Below the pieces are notes generated by a model. That model saw only the letters and a program-made list of their open reading frames with translations, had not been told where the DNA came from and made no database searches. Below are positions 62,778-64,000 of a DNA stretch of 64,000 nt, piece by piece. How positions within the stretch are numbered: the first letter of the stretch is position 1; the number at the start of each line of letters is the position of its first letter. The translations under genes were made by a program, and so were the position numbers. This DNA is from Clostridiaceae bacterium. Lineage in GTDB: Bacteria; Bacillota; Clostridia; Saccharofermentanales; DTU023. The stretch is taken from positions 6,658 through 70,657 of the forward strand of contig JAAZJH010000009.1 of NCBI GenBank assembly GCA_012800435.1, written 5' to 3'.

Positions 62778-63998
62778 TCACATGTGCTTCGCGCGCGAAT
62801 CGGCGGCATCGCGGAGCACGGCGACCACTCCATCGCGCGTTTCCGGTTTCATGACGCGACTTCTAAAAGTTGCCGCGCCCGGAAAACCTTTGAGGTAAAA
62901 TGCGAGCGAGGATCGCATTTCGCGCACGGCGACCGCTTCGCCTAGTCGTTCGATCGTCGCGTCGAGTTGAGCCATCATGATTTGAAGCCACGCTTCAGCG
63001 GAAAGTCGGTTTGAATCGAGCACCGTTGATTCATCCTGCCGGCTCTCTTGATCAGAACACAAATTTAGATCCCGGCGCAAAGTCATAAATAGTCGGGGAT
63101 TGCCGCGCGAAGCGCGTCCAATGGCAAAGCCGTCGCAACCTGTTTCATTACGCATTTTTATAAGATCGCCGGCCGTCACAAGATCGCCATTTCCTATAAC
63201 CGGCACGTCAATCGCATCTTTGACTTGAGCGATACGAGGCCAGTCTGCATATCCGCTGTAAAATTGATCGGCAGTCCGCGCATGACAAGTTACTGCCGTC
63301 GCTCCGGCGGACACGACGGTTTTTGCGACGAGCGGAGCATTGATGGATGCCTGATCAAGTCCTAATCGAATTTTTACTGTAATAAAACGCCCGTGCCTTG
63401 AAGCAGCGCGCTCGGCAGCCTCAACGATACGCCCGCACAGCAGCGGATTTCCCATGAGCGCCGCGCCTGCGCCTTCCTTGGCGACCTTAGGGACAGGACA
63501 CCCCATATTGATATCGACAAATGCCGCCGTCTGCAATTGGGTCTCCTCAAAGATCAAGTCAATCGCCGCCGCAAAATCTGCCGGCACCGATCCAAAAAGT
63601 TGAATCCCCCAAGGGCGCTTATTAATTATTGACGCCGCATTGTCGGAAGCCGGAAAATTCAAAAAGGGTACATGGGAAAAGGTATCCGGCGGTGCGAGAT
63701 AACGGAGGCTTCTGCATAATCCTCGGTCATATGTGATGCCGCGCGCAGAAACAAGTTCCGTCACCGTGTAGGAGGCGCCAAAATGCGCGGCAAGACCGCG
63801 AAAAGCGGGCGTTGTAAAACCGGCCATCGGCGCTAGGCCGATGACCGGTTCATTTTCCGGAAATAGGCGATTAAACGCGTTCACGATTACTTCAGTCAGA
63901 CAACAGATGAACGAACAGACCGGAGCGCAGTTTGGGCTCAAACCATGTTGATTTCGGAGGCATGACCATCCCCGCATCCGCGATGTTAAAAAGATCAT
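62778..63998 (-). CDS. dus: tRNA-dihydrouridine synthase
   Basis: LAPMAGFT, DINMGCPVPKV, ...CHARTADQ..., VIGNGDL. The true start is uncertain (GTG 63884 possible) and the upstream region leaves the window. Confidence 0.82.
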   Translation of the reverse strand: MIFLTSRMRGWSCLRNQHGLSPNCAPVCSFICCLTEVIVNAFNRLFPENEPVIGLAPMAGFTTPAFRGLAAHFGASYTVTELVSARGITYDRGLCRSLRYLAPPDTFSHVPFLNFPASDNAASIINKRPWGIQLFGSVPADFAAAIDLIFEETQLQTAAFVDINMGCPVPKVAKEGAGAALMGNPLLCGRIVEAAERAASRHGRFITVKIRLGLDQASINAPLVAKTVVSAGATAVTCHARTADQFYSGYADWPRIAQVKDAIDVPVIGNGDLVTAGDLIKMRNETGCDGFAIGRASRGNPRLFMTLRRDLNLCSDQESRQDESTVLDSNRLSAEAWLQIMMAQLDATIERLGEAVAVREMRSSLAFYLKGFPGAATFRSRVMKPETRDGVVAVLRDAADSRAKHM

Positions 63999-64000
63999 CG

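Noticed and set aside
1-64000. Mobile elements, prophage, genomic island or defence locus.
   Set aside because: No integrase, transposase, recombinase, terminal inverted repeats, tRNA attachment sites, restriction-modification, Cas or toxin-antitoxin-like gene pairs were recognised. The AT-rich stretches (25260-25560, 35280-35560, 41600-41940) coincide with divergent promoter regions.

Overview
Dense, mostly housekeeping chromosomal window of about 50% GC. About 40 of 46 genes lie on the minus strand. The gene content (ctsR-mcsA-mcsB-clpC, AddB, jag, a PrsA-like foldase) points to Bacillota/Clostridia. From left to right the window holds: a 5'-truncated addB; a cobT plus TIM-barrel pair; pepF; gyrA directly downstream of the origin-type cluster rpmH-rnpA-yidD-yidC-jag-mnmE-mnmG-rsmG; folD; an aminotransferase; kdgK; a liv-type branched-chain amino-acid ABC operon; a long minus-strand operon (ridA, aminotransferase, dppBCDF, dppA, M24 peptidase) with a divergent YheO-type regulator; the class III heat-shock operon with a recognisable promoter and CtsR box; a plus-strand island (NCS1 permease, AmiE/AmiF-like amidase, DUF2795-like small protein); a free-standing rpoB-rpoC; a membrane-anchored parvulin; a HAD hydrolase; a CNNM/CorC protein; a divergent EF-G paralog; a 1094-aa DUF2079-like membrane protein; and a Dus. 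rpmH (44 aa) is absent from the ORF track and was found by translation. I found no CRISPR array, tRNA/rRNA gene, transposase, integrase or recognisable defence or toxin-antitoxin genes, and no convincing complete novel multi-gene system. The most second-look-worthy items are: (i) a roughly 145-nt structured leader upstream of the NCS1 permease that I cannot assign to a known riboswitch class; (ii) about four phased 51-52-bp repeats inside the dppF-dppA gap; (iii) an EF-G paralog lacking the catalytic His and the NKxD Lys; (iv) long acidic C-terminal tails on RpoB, RpoC and GyrA; (v) an orphan cobT coupled to a TIM-barrel enzyme. All functional calls rest on motif recognition by eye. No database search was run.
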